Virus record (IMG/VR): IMGVR_UViG_3300036876_000145
Location: 19,489 to 83,488 of that record
Reading direction: 5' to 3' (one strand)
DNA from: a virus
Taxonomy: Duplodnaviria > Heunggongvirae > Uroviricota > Caudoviricetes
Length of the DNA: 64,000 nucleotides
Shown here: piece by piece, positions 46,537-56,627 of the stretch
Numbering within the stretch: position 1 is the stretch's first letter
How the letters are laid out: each line of letters opens with the position of its first letter
Position numbers and translations under genes: made by a program
Notes under the pieces: model-generated
What the model was told of the DNA's origin: nothing
The model's database searches: none
The model's input: the letters and a program-made list of their open reading frames with translations, nothing else

Positions 46537-46567
46537 AATGACAAGTTAGTGGAAGAAGAAGGCGCAA

Positions 46568-47053
46568 ATGAAGAGAATTAGCGACGAGAGCGGCGAATCG
46601 GCGGGTTGGCGCAATTGGGGACGGTTGATGTTGTCGCTGATTCCCGCTGCGCTCGGCGGTGCAGCAGTGCTATGGATAATTGCTGGGTTAGGATGGATCG
46701 ACTTAACCAAAGAGCTACGCATGGAACGGCGGACTATGCAAAGCGTTGGAATCAGTGTCCTCCCAAAAACACCAATTCAGCTACTTGCGCATGACGGAAC
46801 ATGCCTCAAGATTCAATCATCCTACATGGATGGTGACCGTCTTCAATTTTATGCTTTCAACTCTTGCCGCCACTGGCTTTTCAACCCGGCTTTCTACTAT
46901 CGCGTTAAGGCGCACGATGGCACGGTTGTGGACAGCCACGAGTGGGCTTTCGATGGGGACAGGGATTTAGGGCCACAGGAACGTAGAGAACAAGTCATTA
47001 ATCTGGAAAATGATGACAGAGCAGAACAGGTGGAATTGTGGATGCGAAGGTAG
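46568..47053 (+). CDS. hypothetical membrane-anchored protein
   Basis: 161 aa with an N-terminal TM helix. Confidence 0.45.
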   Translation: MKRISDESGESAGWRNWGRLMLSLIPAALGGAAVLWIIAGLGWIDLTKELRMERRTMQSVGISVLPKTPIQLLAHDGTCLKIQSSYMDGDRLQFYAFNSCRHWLFNPAFYYRVKAHDGTVVDSHEWAFDGDRDLGPQERREQVINLENDDRAEQVELWMRR

Positions 47054-47093
47054 CCACAAGGTAAATAATAGTAAAAAAAAATACACGCTCTAT

Positions 47094-47516
47094 ATGAGTA
47101 CGGATGGGAAATTGATGGATAAACCAAAGCAAGTAACAGAACAAACTTTACGTGCCCAAGCTGCGGAACTTAGAAAATTTTTTATAAAATTGGATGCTTG
47201 GGAGAAAGGTCTTCGACAAAGAGAACTTCTGTTGAAAAAACAAAAAAGCGAGCATACAGAGCGTAAAAGTGAAAAAGATCAAATGTCCTTTGATTTTGAT
47301 GTTAGTAAAAAAGGTATACTCAAAATGCAAAAAATGTTGGAACCCGGACATTTTAAAGAAGGGGATATGTATGACGGGCTGAAAGAAGAAATATTTAAAA
47401 GAGCAAAAGAAAAATACTATAGTCGCTCAAAACCACCCGTTGGTGATGAGATAGATTTTTTGGAGAAGTTGTTTGATTTAGAAGACCCTCGTAAAGACAC
47501 AAAGACCCCTACGTAA
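47094..47516 (+). CDS. hypothetical Lys/Glu-rich protein
   Basis: ORF trimmed to MSTDGKLMD. Confidence 0.4.
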   Translation: MSTDGKLMDKPKQVTEQTLRAQAAELRKFFIKLDAWEKGLRQRELLLKKQKSEHTERKSEKDQMSFDFDVSKKGILKMQKMLEPGHFKEGDMYDGLKEEIFKRAKEKYYSRSKPPVGDEIDFLEKLFDLEDPRKDTKTPT

Positions 47517-47760
47517 GAAAACAGTTTTCCCCACGCCGGGATCCTGTGCGAAATTAGGATCACCCCCTTTTAATCTAATATAATTCTGAAACGTGCTCTC
47601 CCGTAGGGACAGATGTAAGTTTGGGTTATGGTTGGTAACTGAAGAAGGGTCATAGGCAAAATCTCCTCTGGACTCAGTATTTGATAAAGTGGGCAAATAA
47701 ATTGCCCTTACTATCTAAAGGGGTGTATAGATAGAAAAATAAGGATAATTGATTATTATT

Positions 47761-49284
47761 ATGGCAAGCGAAAATGATGGTAATGTTGTACTCAAACGTA
47801 TATTTGGAATGCTGGCTGACAAGGTTCGCATCTATCAAATTTTAGAAGAAACTGAAGTGCAACGAGACGAATTTGTTTACTGTCAAATTATGCATCAAAT
47901 TGTTTTTGGTGAAAACGGTTTTACAAAAACATTAGGGCATGTTTGGGGTATGGTACATGACCCCCGTTTCCAGGAAATAGAAAATTTAATGATTGTAGAT
48001 CGCCACGCTATTTTCGGTGGTGATGCTCGATTAGGTAAGCAATACATAAATGACGATGGAACTTTTACTTCTCCTATATCTGATCTGGAGAAGTATTCTG
48101 AGATTGTTGGTGAAGGAAGGAATTTTCATAATGTTCTTACTCACCCCGATGAAAAATGTCCTCAACGGTTGTGGTTAGAACGAATTCATCGCGGCTTTAC
48201 AAACATTAAACCTCACTCCACTCTTCAATGTATTTGTGCTACCGGTAAAGAAAATCCCACTACATTTAAAGATATGCCCGATGAAATTATATGGGCATTG
48301 ATTAAGCAAGAATGCCCCAATCGTGGGTTCAATGCTGACAAAACTCCCAATGCCTACGGTCAATTGATGTATGATCTTATTCGAGCGGATATTATCGGAC
48401 TTATTCATGATTATGCGGAGACTCCTTTGATTGACAGTTATGTTTATTTAAGAGATAACGGCATTATTAAGTACACAGAAACAGAATCCGTAGCTTCAAT
48501 AGACCCGTTTGGTTTAGAAAATCCCAGAGTTCTTCAAGAACTAGATATATTGGAACAGGCCCTTACTCACCGTGCTACTTTGCGAATGACGGCCTTAAAA
48601 ATTCTCAAAAAAGCAGGGCTACAAAATGAAATCCGTGAGGCTGATTTAACGGATATAGAACGGGATGAATTGTTATGTTTAATATACAGTCATGATTACC
48701 CTGATGTTGAAAATACAGATAGTACGATGTACAGAGCTGCAATAGATGCTTGGGAAAAACAAATTAAAGAAATTGTTAAAGACTATATTTTATCGGTAAT
48801 TACAAAAGATTTGAAGGAACGTGAAACCGTTCAATTGAATCAATTACAATTAGAGTCTAACGAAGCTGTAGATGGTCTGATGAAAGGAACAATTCAACCT
48901 ATTAATTCTTACACCGAACCTACGGTAGAAATTCCTACTGAGCAAGAAGAATCGGAAGTTGTTAAATATGCTCGTATGCTGGAAGCTATTATGGGGAACG
49001 AGTTCAAATCCGAACTTTATCTTTTGTTGATTGAAGCAGAAAGACAAAAAAATACGGCTATTGTAGATTTGTTAACTCCAATATTTCTTACTCCAGATTA
49101 CCCTTTAGATGAAAAGATTTTTTATAATTTCATTGAAAGTATTAGAATAGGTAGTAGAAGTCTGCGAGCGGATCGTCTGGAGGCGATTCGAGGTACGAAG
49201 CAAACCGGAATGAACTTAGATCCTGCTAAGACTACGCAAATCGATGAAGAGTTTCACAGCAAGGATTCACCATTTAGAGGTTAA
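47761..49284 (+). CDS. hypothetical protein (~507 aa)
   Basis: Long ORF; start at MASENDG; no motif recognised. Confidence 0.6.
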   Translation: MASENDGNVVLKRIFGMLADKVRIYQILEETEVQRDEFVYCQIMHQIVFGENGFTKTLGHVWGMVHDPRFQEIENLMIVDRHAIFGGDARLGKQYINDDGTFTSPISDLEKYSEIVGEGRNFHNVLTHPDEKCPQRLWLERIHRGFTNIKPHSTLQCICATGKENPTTFKDMPDEIIWALIKQECPNRGFNADKTPNAYGQLMYDLIRADIIGLIHDYAETPLIDSYVYLRDNGIIKYTETESVASIDPFGLENPRVLQELDILEQALTHRATLRMTALKILKKAGLQNEIREADLTDIERDELLCLIYSHDYPDVENTDSTMYRAAIDAWEKQIKEIVKDYILSVITKDLKERETVQLNQLQLESNEAVDGLMKGTIQPINSYTEPTVEIPTEQEESEVVKYARMLEAIMGNEFKSELYLLLIEAERQKNTAIVDLLTPIFLTPDYPLDEKIFYNFIESIRIGSRSLRADRLEAIRGTKQTGMNLDPAKTTQIDEEFHSKDSPFRG

Positions 49285-49318
49285 ATGACTACAGACACCC
49301 TCTCTTAGAGGGCAATCT

Positions 49319-49660
49319 ATGGCAAACTGTTTGCACCTGGAAGTGGATGACGGCTCTGGTTGCGGTGTGAATGTGACAGAGATTAAAGAACCAGCACCAA
49401 ATGTCGGCAACATCGGTGGAATCGTCAAATTGATTAATGCGACGGTGAAAACTTATACCCAACTTGTAAGAGAAAATACAGACCCTAAAAACCCCTCACT
49501 CCCTCGCCTCCGTCTTATTGGAGGTCAGTTCGTCCGTATCCCACACAAAAATATCTATAATGATTTGATCGGCCCTTCATATATTGCAGCCAGGGCCTTG
49601 GGGTATAGGGGTGGAATCGGCCGCTGGGCTGACTTGGTTCGAGAAAATATTTCTCTTTAG
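49319..49660 (+). CDS. hypothetical protein
   Basis: 113-aa ORF. Confidence 0.4.
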   Translation: MANCLHLEVDDGSGCGVNVTEIKEPAPNVGNIGGIVKLINATVKTYTQLVRENTDPKNPSLPRLRLIGGQFVRIPHKNIYNDLIGPSYIAARALGYRGGIGRWADLVRENISL

Positions 49661-49802
49661 CCGAATCCAGTCAACACCCACTAATTCACATGCCACCTTG
49701 TAGGGCCCCGTACATACGACCTAAGCACAAGTTTACTCTGAGCATCAAAACTTTCCCGGTTATAAGTTGTTGATTTTAAATACTTTAAAAATATCCATTT
49801 TC

Positions 49803-49835
49803 AGTGTTTCCGATGTATACTAGGGATGGAGGCGA
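49803..49835 (+). promoter_or_regulatory. TGTATACTAGGG-type promoter-like element (copy A of a 40-bp duplicated block)
   Basis: atccattttcagtgtttccgatgtatactaggga is identical to 51907-51939. Extended -10-like TGTATACT sits about 10 nt before the ATG. Confidence 0.4.
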
Positions 49836-49836
49836 T

Positions 49837-50742
49837 ATGACAAAGAAAAGTAGCTCTGATGTGGCGGCTGATTTGAAAAGTGCAATGGGTTCCGCTGCCG
49901 ATGCAAAGACTATTCTCGATACACCAGATAAGAAAACCGCCAGCCGTTCCACATGGAAGGGTTATATTTCCGCTTTTGGCGTTATGCTGATTCCCGCCGC
50001 AACCCTGAAAGCCACTGATGTTGATGCTATCGAAACCCACATGTACCATAGCGCTGCTTGTCCGAATCGTTTGGTGCAGAAATACACCTGCTCTTGCTGC
50101 GACACCGAAGTCCCCAACGCTCGTACAAACGCCCTTAAGGGTGTAGAAGTGGGGGACAAAGTCATTACTCTCACTCAAGCGGAATTAGACGCTCAGAAGC
50201 CCACTAGTGACAAAATTCTCAAAGTCACCGAGTTTGTTCCCGCTGATGCGATTGATGTTACCTACTACGAATCCAGCGAATACATCGCCGCTGATAAGGG
50301 TGGGGAAAAAGCCTTCGCCACATTCCAGCAAGCCTTGGCGCAAACGGGGCGTATCGCTATCGGCACCTTCGTAAGCCGCGGTCACCAATACACTGTTGCA
50401 CTTCGCCCCAAGGGTCAGTATGGTATCGTCATGTCTTATTTGTTCGCGGAATATGAAGTTCGCAACTGCGGCAAGTGGACGCCTGTTGTTGTCAATCCGG
50501 CAGAAGTTGATTTGGTCAAGCAGCTTATGACTGAAACCGAACTGGCAAAAGAAGTATTCACCCCCGCCGCCTATGACCCCTATCTCTCTGGCGTGCGCAA
50601 GATGATTGCTGCTAAGGCAAATGGTACGGAAGTTTGCACCCCGGCTGCGGACGAAGTTCCCAAGGCTACGGATGATTTGTTGGCGGCGTTGAAAGCTACC
50701 CTGGAGCAGCAAAAGGCAAAGGCTGCAAAGGCTGGTGTATAA
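49837..50742 (+). CDS. ku: Ku protein (non-homologous end-joining DNA end-binding)
   Basis: WKGYISAFGVMLIPAATL, YYESSEYIAADKGGEKAFATFQQALAQTGRIAIGTFVSRGHQYTVALRP, YLFAEYEVR match bacterial Ku (WSGAISFGLVNVPVKLY, YYLAPDKGGEKAYALLREAL...AIARFV...LAALRP, YADEVR). A Cys-rich insert HMYHSAACPNRLVQKYTCSCCD. Confidence 0.85.
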   Translation: MTKKSSSDVAADLKSAMGSAADAKTILDTPDKKTASRSTWKGYISAFGVMLIPAATLKATDVDAIETHMYHSAACPNRLVQKYTCSCCDTEVPNARTNALKGVEVGDKVITLTQAELDAQKPTSDKILKVTEFVPADAIDVTYYESSEYIAADKGGEKAFATFQQALAQTGRIAIGTFVSRGHQYTVALRPKGQYGIVMSYLFAEYEVRNCGKWTPVVVNPAEVDLVKQLMTETELAKEVFTPAAYDPYLSGVRKMIAAKANGTEVCTPAADEVPKATDDLLAALKATLEQQKAKAAKAGV

Positions 50743-50765
50743 GGCTGCAAAGGCTGGTGTATAAA
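50718..50765 (+). repeat. 23-bp tandem duplication spanning the Ku stop codon
   Basis: aaggctgcaaaggctggtgtataa occurs twice in tandem. Confidence 0.7.
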
Positions 50766-50978
50766 TGGATCAGGTCAATACCCCAACCCCAACGCCTAAA
50801 GGCGGATTTAGTATGCCGCATACCCATGCGACTCGCTGACTAGCAAGGATCATCAGCTACGAGAAGAGGAGTACCAAATCGTAGATTTGATTCTGGGAAT
50901 CAATAGGAAAATTGGCGCTTTGGGAGTATTTAATCCCGCCGCACTCACATCTGAAATGGCGAAGCAGGAACTTGGGCA

Positions 50979-51332
50979 ATGAAGATCACTAGATCACTCA
51001 CTAAAGCACAACAGCAAGTGTTATTCAATATATCGATAGGATTTCCTTTCTGTGAATATCTAACACCGGAAAGAACGAGCAGGTTTTTTCGTACTTTGGG
51101 AGAGAATATTCCGGCTCGATTGAATTACATTATTACCCTTGACACGGCTGGTAAACGAGTTTCATATAAGACATTTTTAGCTTTATTCAAGAGAAACCTT
51201 ATTGCTCCCAGTAAGTACAAAGAAAGTCCATCCCCACAGGATGGCATCACCCAATTTTATTTAACGGAATTGGGGAGGCAGGAAGTTAACCGAAAAGTGA
51301 ATTTCAAAATCCCTATTAGGAGAACCGAGTAA
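50979..51332 (+). CDS. hypothetical protein
   Basis: 117-aa ORF. Confidence 0.45.
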   Translation: MKITRSLTKAQQQVLFNISIGFPFCEYLTPERTSRFFRTLGENIPARLNYIITLDTAGKRVSYKTFLALFKRNLIAPSKYKESPSPQDGITQFYLTELGRQEVNRKVNFKIPIRRTE

Positions 51333-51516
51333 TGCCCCAACAATGGGAGAGATTACCCCCAGATGAAGAAGCAGGAACCCCTGCTTTGTTTCCCCCAGAA
51401 TCAGACCTTTGCAGAGAATGTGACGGCACCGGAGTGCTGTATGGACAGCTCTGTAAAAAATGTGGCGGCAAAGGGGAAATTTAGCCAAAACCCGTGTTTT
51501 GGATGTATACTAAGGT

Positions 51517-51888
51517 ATGAGCCCATCTCAGGAACGAGTCTATTTGGACGCTGAGCGAGAAGAAGGCATCGCTGAACTTCGTAACGACCCCGCGTACAAT
51601 TTTGCGGAGCCAGAGTGCATAGTTCCCTCAAAATATCATCAATACTTCGTTGACTACGGGCGCTGCTTGTATGACAAGCTCCCGCTTCGCCAAGAAATGC
51701 ACGCGTTCAATCACTACAAAAAATTTCACTGGCACAAGTACCCTCGATACCTTGCGTACCAGGGCGGTACTTGGCATGAAGTTTCTATAGGTGCTTATTT
51801 GGCTGCGAAGTTTGGTCATTTAATTCCCGTCGCTATCGTCCACGATCCTAAAAAACCGAAAAATAAACGTGCAAAGGCTGTAAAATAA
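51517..51888 (+). CDS. hypothetical protein
   Basis: 123-aa ORF preceded by a tgtatactaagg motif. Confidence 0.45.
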   Translation: MSPSQERVYLDAEREEGIAELRNDPAYNFAEPECIVPSKYHQYFVDYGRCLYDKLPLRQEMHAFNHYKKFHWHKYPRYLAYQGGTWHEVSIGAYLAAKFGHLIPVAIVHDPKKPKNKRAKAVK

Positions 51889-51937
51889 AAGGGTTAGAAA
51901 ATATCCATTTTCAGTGTTTCCGATGTATACTAGGGAT

Positions 51938-52138
51938 ATGGCAAAGAAAAAAAAGAAAAAAAGTAGCTCTGACATGGCGGCTGATTTGAAAAGCGCATTG
52001 CAGTCGTTAAACAAGATGATTGGCTATGCAAAATACGTCGAAGAAATGGATTGGTGGTATTTCAGGGAAGAAGTGCAACCGGGTTGGAAAAATGATTTAG
52101 CGGAAGCCGAAGCTATTGCGGCAAAGTTACACACTTAA
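51938..52138 (+). CDS. small protein carrying a duplicated Ku N-terminus
   Basis: MAKKKKKKSSSDMAADLKSALQS parallels the Ku start MTKKSSSDVAADLKSAMGS. The upstream 40 bp are identical to the Ku promoter region. The rest is unrelated. Confidence 0.45.
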   Translation: MAKKKKKKSSSDMAADLKSALQSLNKMIGYAKYVEEMDWWYFREEVQPGWKNDLAEAEAIAAKLHT

Positions 52139-52341
52139 GGATTCTATGATGACAGACACATTTACATTTTGTAACCCGGCAGCACGTACAGAGTGGCGCA
52201 ATGATCACGGGGTGGAGAAATGTGGTGTGGAGTTTGCCTTCACAGAGACAGATGAAGTCTTTCATGGATTTCCTTTGTTCTACCTGCACATGGAGCGTAT
52301 CTCCCCGACCAATAAAGCGCTCTTGACAAGGGCGGCAGCAA

Positions 52342-52581
52342 ATGAGTAATTTATTTGTTATAGGGGAAGATGAAAAGCCACAATGCTCCGCTTGCTACAA
52401 ATTCTTTGAACCGGTGGGGGAATATTTTGAACGGTGTAAAAGCCGAACAAAATTTTCCCCTGATTTTCCGAAGTTCGCTGAATCAGATCCTTTTGCATTT
52501 TGTTCCGAGAGGTGTGAACAGGCGACAATCGATCAAATGCGAATAACTCGAATTGAGGATGTCAAACAGTCCGATTTCTAA
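52342..52581 (+). CDS. zinc-ribbon mini-protein
   Basis: 79 aa; CSACYKF...CSERCEQ. Confidence 0.4.
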   Translation: MSNLFVIGEDEKPQCSACYKFFEPVGEYFERCKSRTKFSPDFPKFAESDPFAFCSERCEQATIDQMRITRIEDVKQSDF

Positions 52582-52787
52582 AAAATTATCAATCTACCAA
52601 GGTCCTTAAAAGAGGTATCCCTTATGTACGATGAAGATGAAGATTTGGATCGTGTAGACCACGATTCAGATGATGAAGAAGAATTCGTTGAAGATGATGA
52701 AGACGAACTACAGGAACTGGATGTAGACGAACGCGGGCATGTTCGACCACGCCGCCGAAAGTCCGAAGATCGGGAAGAAGAGGATGT

Positions 52788-53075
52788 GTGAAAATTTTAT
52801 TTGTCTTCGCACTGCTGGCATTTTCAGGATTATCAATCTGGAGAATAAAAAACTCAGTTGTTAGTTATCCGCATACGGGGACTGCTCATACGGGGGCTGC
52901 TCATACGGGGGCTGCTCTAATTGCACCCCCGAGTTTACCACCATGTCTAGGCAATTGTGAGTTTTGGGGAGATTTTTCAGCTATTCCGACCCCAGAAATT
53001 CGTTCCTCTCCGCTATTTGATTCCATCTGCGTAACAGGAAATCCCTGCAATCAGCGAAAATTGAACTTTATATAA
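52788..53075 (+). CDS. hypothetical secreted/membrane protein with the peptide repeat TGAAH x3
   Basis: Signal-like N-terminus; the DNA carries a 15-bp tandem repeat x3 at 52873-52917. Confidence 0.35.
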   Translation: MKILFVFALLAFSGLSIWRIKNSVVSYPHTGTAHTGAAHTGAALIAPPSLPPCLGNCEFWGDFSAIPTPEIRSSPLFDSICVTGNPCNQRKLNFI

Positions 53076-53270
53076 ACCCAAAAATGTGGTATTATATTGA
53101 GTATCAGGATTCAAATGATAAAATTATGGAAGCGGTTTCGAAAATGGTATCGATGGAAGTTATTCGGTATTATAGAATGTGTAAAGCCAACAGGCACCAC
53201 CAGCTTGCTAGCAAAAATCTCTAGCGGTATTCATCCAACCTTCAGCAGAACATACATCAGGAGGTACTAG

Positions 53271-53564
53271 ATGCCAGCAGAAAGTAAGTCTCATTGTGAT
53301 AAGAAGAAGGTGTGGAGCATCGGTGAAGAATCAGAGCTGTTCGCGGCTCGTTCTGAGAAAGAGGTACGGGAGTTTTATGTTGAACTAGTCGGGCAAGATG
53401 ATGCAGCAGAAGCGTTTGAAAGTGACTTCACAGAACGAGATTTGGCAGAGGAGTGGGAGTTTGATTTTGACGGCGTGAGAAAGACAATGACGCTGGCAGA
53501 ACTGTTGCGCGATATTCACGCGCATACTGCCATGCCAAATCAGGTTAGCACGTCTTACAACTAA
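53271..53564 (+). CDS. hypothetical acidic protein
   Basis: 97-aa ORF with an aggagg Shine-Dalgarno. Confidence 0.45.
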   Translation: MPAESKSHCDKKKVWSIGEESELFAARSEKEVREFYVELVGQDDAAEAFESDFTERDLAEEWEFDFDGVRKTMTLAELLRDIHAHTAMPNQVSTSYN

Positions 53565-53573
53565 GGGGTAAAT

Positions 53574-53981
53574 ATGAGTCATAAAAATGATCCAGATTAT
53601 CATGATATAAAAGCTAAAATTCTACTTGAAACCGCAACCCATCTCAAAACTCTAGTTAAAAACAACTCCAAAGGCAATTTATGTCACGGTGATCAACCAG
53701 GTCTCCTAGAAGCCGCCGCAGAGCTGCGTAGGATGGCTTCTAATGCACGCCGAGCCCATAAGAAGGTACAAGATGACCGCCGACAGAAGTCGCGCAAGGA
53801 AAGCCTGGATAAAAGAGAAAATACGTTGAGCAAGTATCGCAATAAAGAAGCGGTTGCTTTGGATATCGACACGACAGTATTTGGTGATATTCTCCCGTCT
53901 TGTGACGAAGAAGAAAGCTCGCGGGATCTAAGAACGTTAAAGCGCCTTTGGAACAACATCCCAAGACTCAATAGAAATTAG
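53574..53981 (+). CDS. hypothetical protein
   Basis: 135-aa ORF. Confidence 0.45.
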   Translation: MSHKNDPDYHDIKAKILLETATHLKTLVKNNSKGNLCHGDQPGLLEAAAELRRMASNARRAHKKVQDDRRQKSRKESLDKRENTLSKYRNKEAVALDIDTTVFGDILPSCDEEESSRDLRTLKRLWNNIPRLNRN

Positions 53982-54059
53982 GGGGCATAAGCAGCTTGTT
54001 TCTGCTACAAGCGACCCATGGCAGCCGCCGCAAATTCAAAAAAAGGATGACGACAATCA

Positions 54060-54362
54060 ATGAGATTTTCTTATGACGAAGACGCAGATGTGATGTATAT
54101 CCGCTTCTCAGAGTCGTCCTCTACCACATCATACTTAGAGAATGACAATGGAGACATCCTCCGCTTCGACGAAGCAACTGAGAAACTTGTAGGCGTTACT
54201 ATCCCTTGGTTCAAGGAAAGAATTCTTAAGGGAGACATTTTAGATATTCCAGAAATCGAGGCAATTCCATTTGGTTCGGACATGAGAAAGTTGATAAACT
54301 CTAGAACGGTACGATCAAAAAATTCGGCCCTACTAAAGCCGGAGAATGAGATTGATTTATGA
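54060..54362 (+). CDS. hypothetical protein
   Basis: 100-aa ORF. Confidence 0.45.
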   Translation: MRFSYDEDADVMYIRFSESSSTTSYLENDNGDILRFDEATEKLVGVTIPWFKERILKGDILDIPEIEAIPFGSDMRKLINSRTVRSKNSALLKPENEIDL

Positions 54363-54556
54363 CATTTGAAATCGATCCACCGGAACCATGCCCTGATTGC
54401 GGCAGCACACACCATCGCAGCTGCACAATGAGTGGTGTTGGCCCTGAATTAGACATAATTCTTGACCCAGATCCTAAATGTGAGTTTTGTCACGGAACAG
54501 GGCGGATTTACGCCCTGATCAATGTGCGGTGTTCTTGCACCTATGGAAATGAATGA
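54359..54556 (+). CDS. zinc-ribbon mini-protein
   Basis: 65 aa; CPDCGS...CEFCHG. Confidence 0.4.
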   Translation: MTFEIDPPEPCPDCGSTHHRSCTMSGVGPELDIILDPDPKCEFCHGTGRIYALINVRCSCTYGNE

Positions 54557-54643
54557 ATTCGCCGCGCAAAGCAATTCTAGACCCCCTTTTTATACCCATC
54601 ATCAATACCTGTGGCGCTGCTTTGAAAGGCAGTATTACAGCTT

Positions 54644-55459
54644 ATGTCCAACTACTACAACGAATACGAACCGCATGCAGCCGCTTGGTTGCGAAATTTA
54701 ATCAGCGCGGGTCTGTTGCCAAAAGGGGATGTTGATGAACGAAGCATTACAGATGTTACAACTAGCGACCTCGCAGGATACACCCAATGTCACTTCTTCG
54801 CCGGGATCGGCGGATGGTCCGTCGCCCTCCAGATCGCAGGAGTGCCAGACGACTACCCAATCTGGACAGGGAGCTGCCCCTGTCAACCCTTCAGCGCCGC
54901 ACCTGGAGAACGAAAAGGTACTGCCGATAAACGTCACCTCTGGCCTGTCTGGTCAGGGCTCATCCGCGAGTGTCGCCCTGCAATTTGCTTTGGAGAACAA
55001 GTTGAGGCAGCTATTAGGTACGGATGGCTCGATATTGTATCGGCAGACTTGGAAGATCAAGGCTACGCCGTCGGGGCGGCGATACTTGGCGCTTGTAGCG
55101 TCGGCGCTCCCCACAAGCGACAACGGCTATATTGGGTGGCCGACTCCCAACGCGTCCCAGCACAATTACTACGAGAACCCGGACGGATGGTTAGCGAGAC
55201 AGGAACAGCGGAAAAAGGACGGCAAGCAGACGTTCGCGATCAACTTGGGAATAGCGGCGAAGTTCACTTCTGGGACAGCCCTGAGTGGCTCGCCTGTAGA
55301 GACGGGCGACAAAGACCATGTGAACCCGGAGTTAGCCCGCTGGCTAATGGGATTCCCAACCGGGTGGACAAATTACGCGCCTACGGGAACTCGATCTGCC
55401 CTCCGCTCGCCTCGAAATTCATTCAAGCGGTCCTTGAAGCGAAAGAAGAAATCCAATGA
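54644..55459 (+). CDS. DNA (cytosine-5)-methyltransferase
   Basis: Motif I FFAGIGG, motif IV GSCPCQPFS, motif VIII GAPHKRQRLYWVA, C-terminal RAYGNSICPPLA. An overlapping second frame (54729-55472) also encodes a canonical motif X: NPELARWLMGFPTGW. Confidence 0.7.
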   Translation: MSNYYNEYEPHAAAWLRNLISAGLLPKGDVDERSITDVTTSDLAGYTQCHFFAGIGGWSVALQIAGVPDDYPIWTGSCPCQPFSAAPGERKGTADKRHLWPVWSGLIRECRPAICFGEQVEAAIRYGWLDIVSADLEDQGYAVGAAILGACSVGAPHKRQRLYWVADSQRVPAQLLREPGRMVSETGTAEKGRQADVRDQLGNSGEVHFWDSPEWLACRDGRQRPCEPGVSPLANGIPNRVDKLRAYGNSICPPLASKFIQAVLEAKEEIQ

Positions 55460-55911
55460 CGACACCGCTTAACCGATCAGTCAATTGCCGTGTATGCGGT
55501 GTGCTCATTCCAAAACCACGCTCATCCAACAGGAAGTATTGCAGCGATGCACACGCCCAGAAAGGGTTCCGCCTAGACCATCCCGACCATGAAAAGGAAA
55601 GGTACCAGAAGGACAAACAGGGATGCAGGGCACGTCATTTGATTCGTAAGTATAAAGGGTTCACCCAAGCCGACTATGACAAAATGCTTGCCGAACAAAA
55701 CGGGGCGTGCAAGATATGCGAATGCAGGCAGGAGAAGTGCCTTGACATTGACCACGACCACAAGACTGGACGAGTTCGTGGCCTGCTTTGTCACAACTGC
55801 AATTTGATGCTAGGAAACGCCCACGACGATCCAGAAACACTCGCCAAGGCGATTAAATACTTGGCAAGTCGCGGCGGCATCGTGAAGGCAATTATTGACG
55901 AGGTGCGGTAA
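55456..55911 (+). CDS. recombination endonuclease VII-family (T4 gp49-like Holliday-junction resolvase)
   Basis: CKICE...CLDIDHDHKTGRVRGLLCHNCNLMLG matches the Endo VII zinc-binding / catalytic signature. Confidence 0.8.
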   Translation: MTTPLNRSVNCRVCGVLIPKPRSSNRKYCSDAHAQKGFRLDHPDHEKERYQKDKQGCRARHLIRKYKGFTQADYDKMLAEQNGACKICECRQEKCLDIDHDHKTGRVRGLLCHNCNLMLGNAHDDPETLAKAIKYLASRGGIVKAIIDEVR

Positions 55912-55925
55912 TCAAAGGATAAAAA

Positions 55926-56285
55926 ATGATGATCCGAGAATGGAAGCAAACCAAGGCCGAACGCCTGATGATCCTCTTCGAGTCCGCCGGTCCCTCAGGG
56001 CTTACGCTGAACGACCTCGTTGAGTTGTTTGATGGCATAAAGCGCAACGGCATCTACCCGCTCATCCACAAGCTCATCCAAAGAGGGTGGGCTGAAGAGG
56101 CGGGCAAAGTCACTAACGCCGCTCGTGTGGCTTGTCCTACGTGCGGGAAATATCCGAATGCGAATCCCCTCGTCATCGCATGGCGGCTCACCGAGGCTGG
56201 TCGCATCGCCATAGCCCTCATTCAAACCAACTTGCCCCCAAGTCGCGGCGATGTTCGTGAAGTGCGTCTTATAGAAAAGCGTTAG
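55926..56285 (+). CDS. hypothetical winged-helix-like protein
   Basis: 119-aa ORF. Confidence 0.4.
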   Translation: MMIREWKQTKAERLMILFESAGPSGLTLNDLVELFDGIKRNGIYPLIHKLIQRGWAEEAGKVTNAARVACPTCGKYPNANPLVIAWRLTEAGRIAIALIQTNLPPSRGDVREVRLIEKR

Positions 56286-56627
56286 CCCTGCGAGAGCAGC
56301 ATTCAAAGCGAACGCTACGCAAGGCAGCACGCACTGGATGCTTAGCCGCTATGTCAAGGAGTTGTTTCGTGTACCTACCCGGAGTTTGGCGTTCTGATGT
56401 TTTGGGGCATTTGCTAATCTTGAAAATTGATCCTGTCTCCGTTACATGTATCGTCTGCATAGAAACCTGCTCCCGGCTGGAGTACAAAACAACAAAAAAT
56501 TTTAAAGAAGCCGCTGAAAAATTTGTTAGTAAGCATGGCGCTCTGCATCAAAGAATCTCCAATTCTATTGCAGATTTAGTCCCTCCTACTGCAATCACCT
56601 AATACAGACCCCTCTTGTGAGGGGTAT

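Noticed and set aside
50185-50712. 175-aa minus-strand ORF antisense to the Ku gene, and similar minus-strand ORFs at 13795-14292, 14818-15396, 45351-45830 and 19315-19668
   Set aside because: Each lies fully inside a + strand gene with strong homology (Ku, LigA, MetAP, OmpA protein). No RBS or motif support. Typical antisense artefacts in GC-richer regions.
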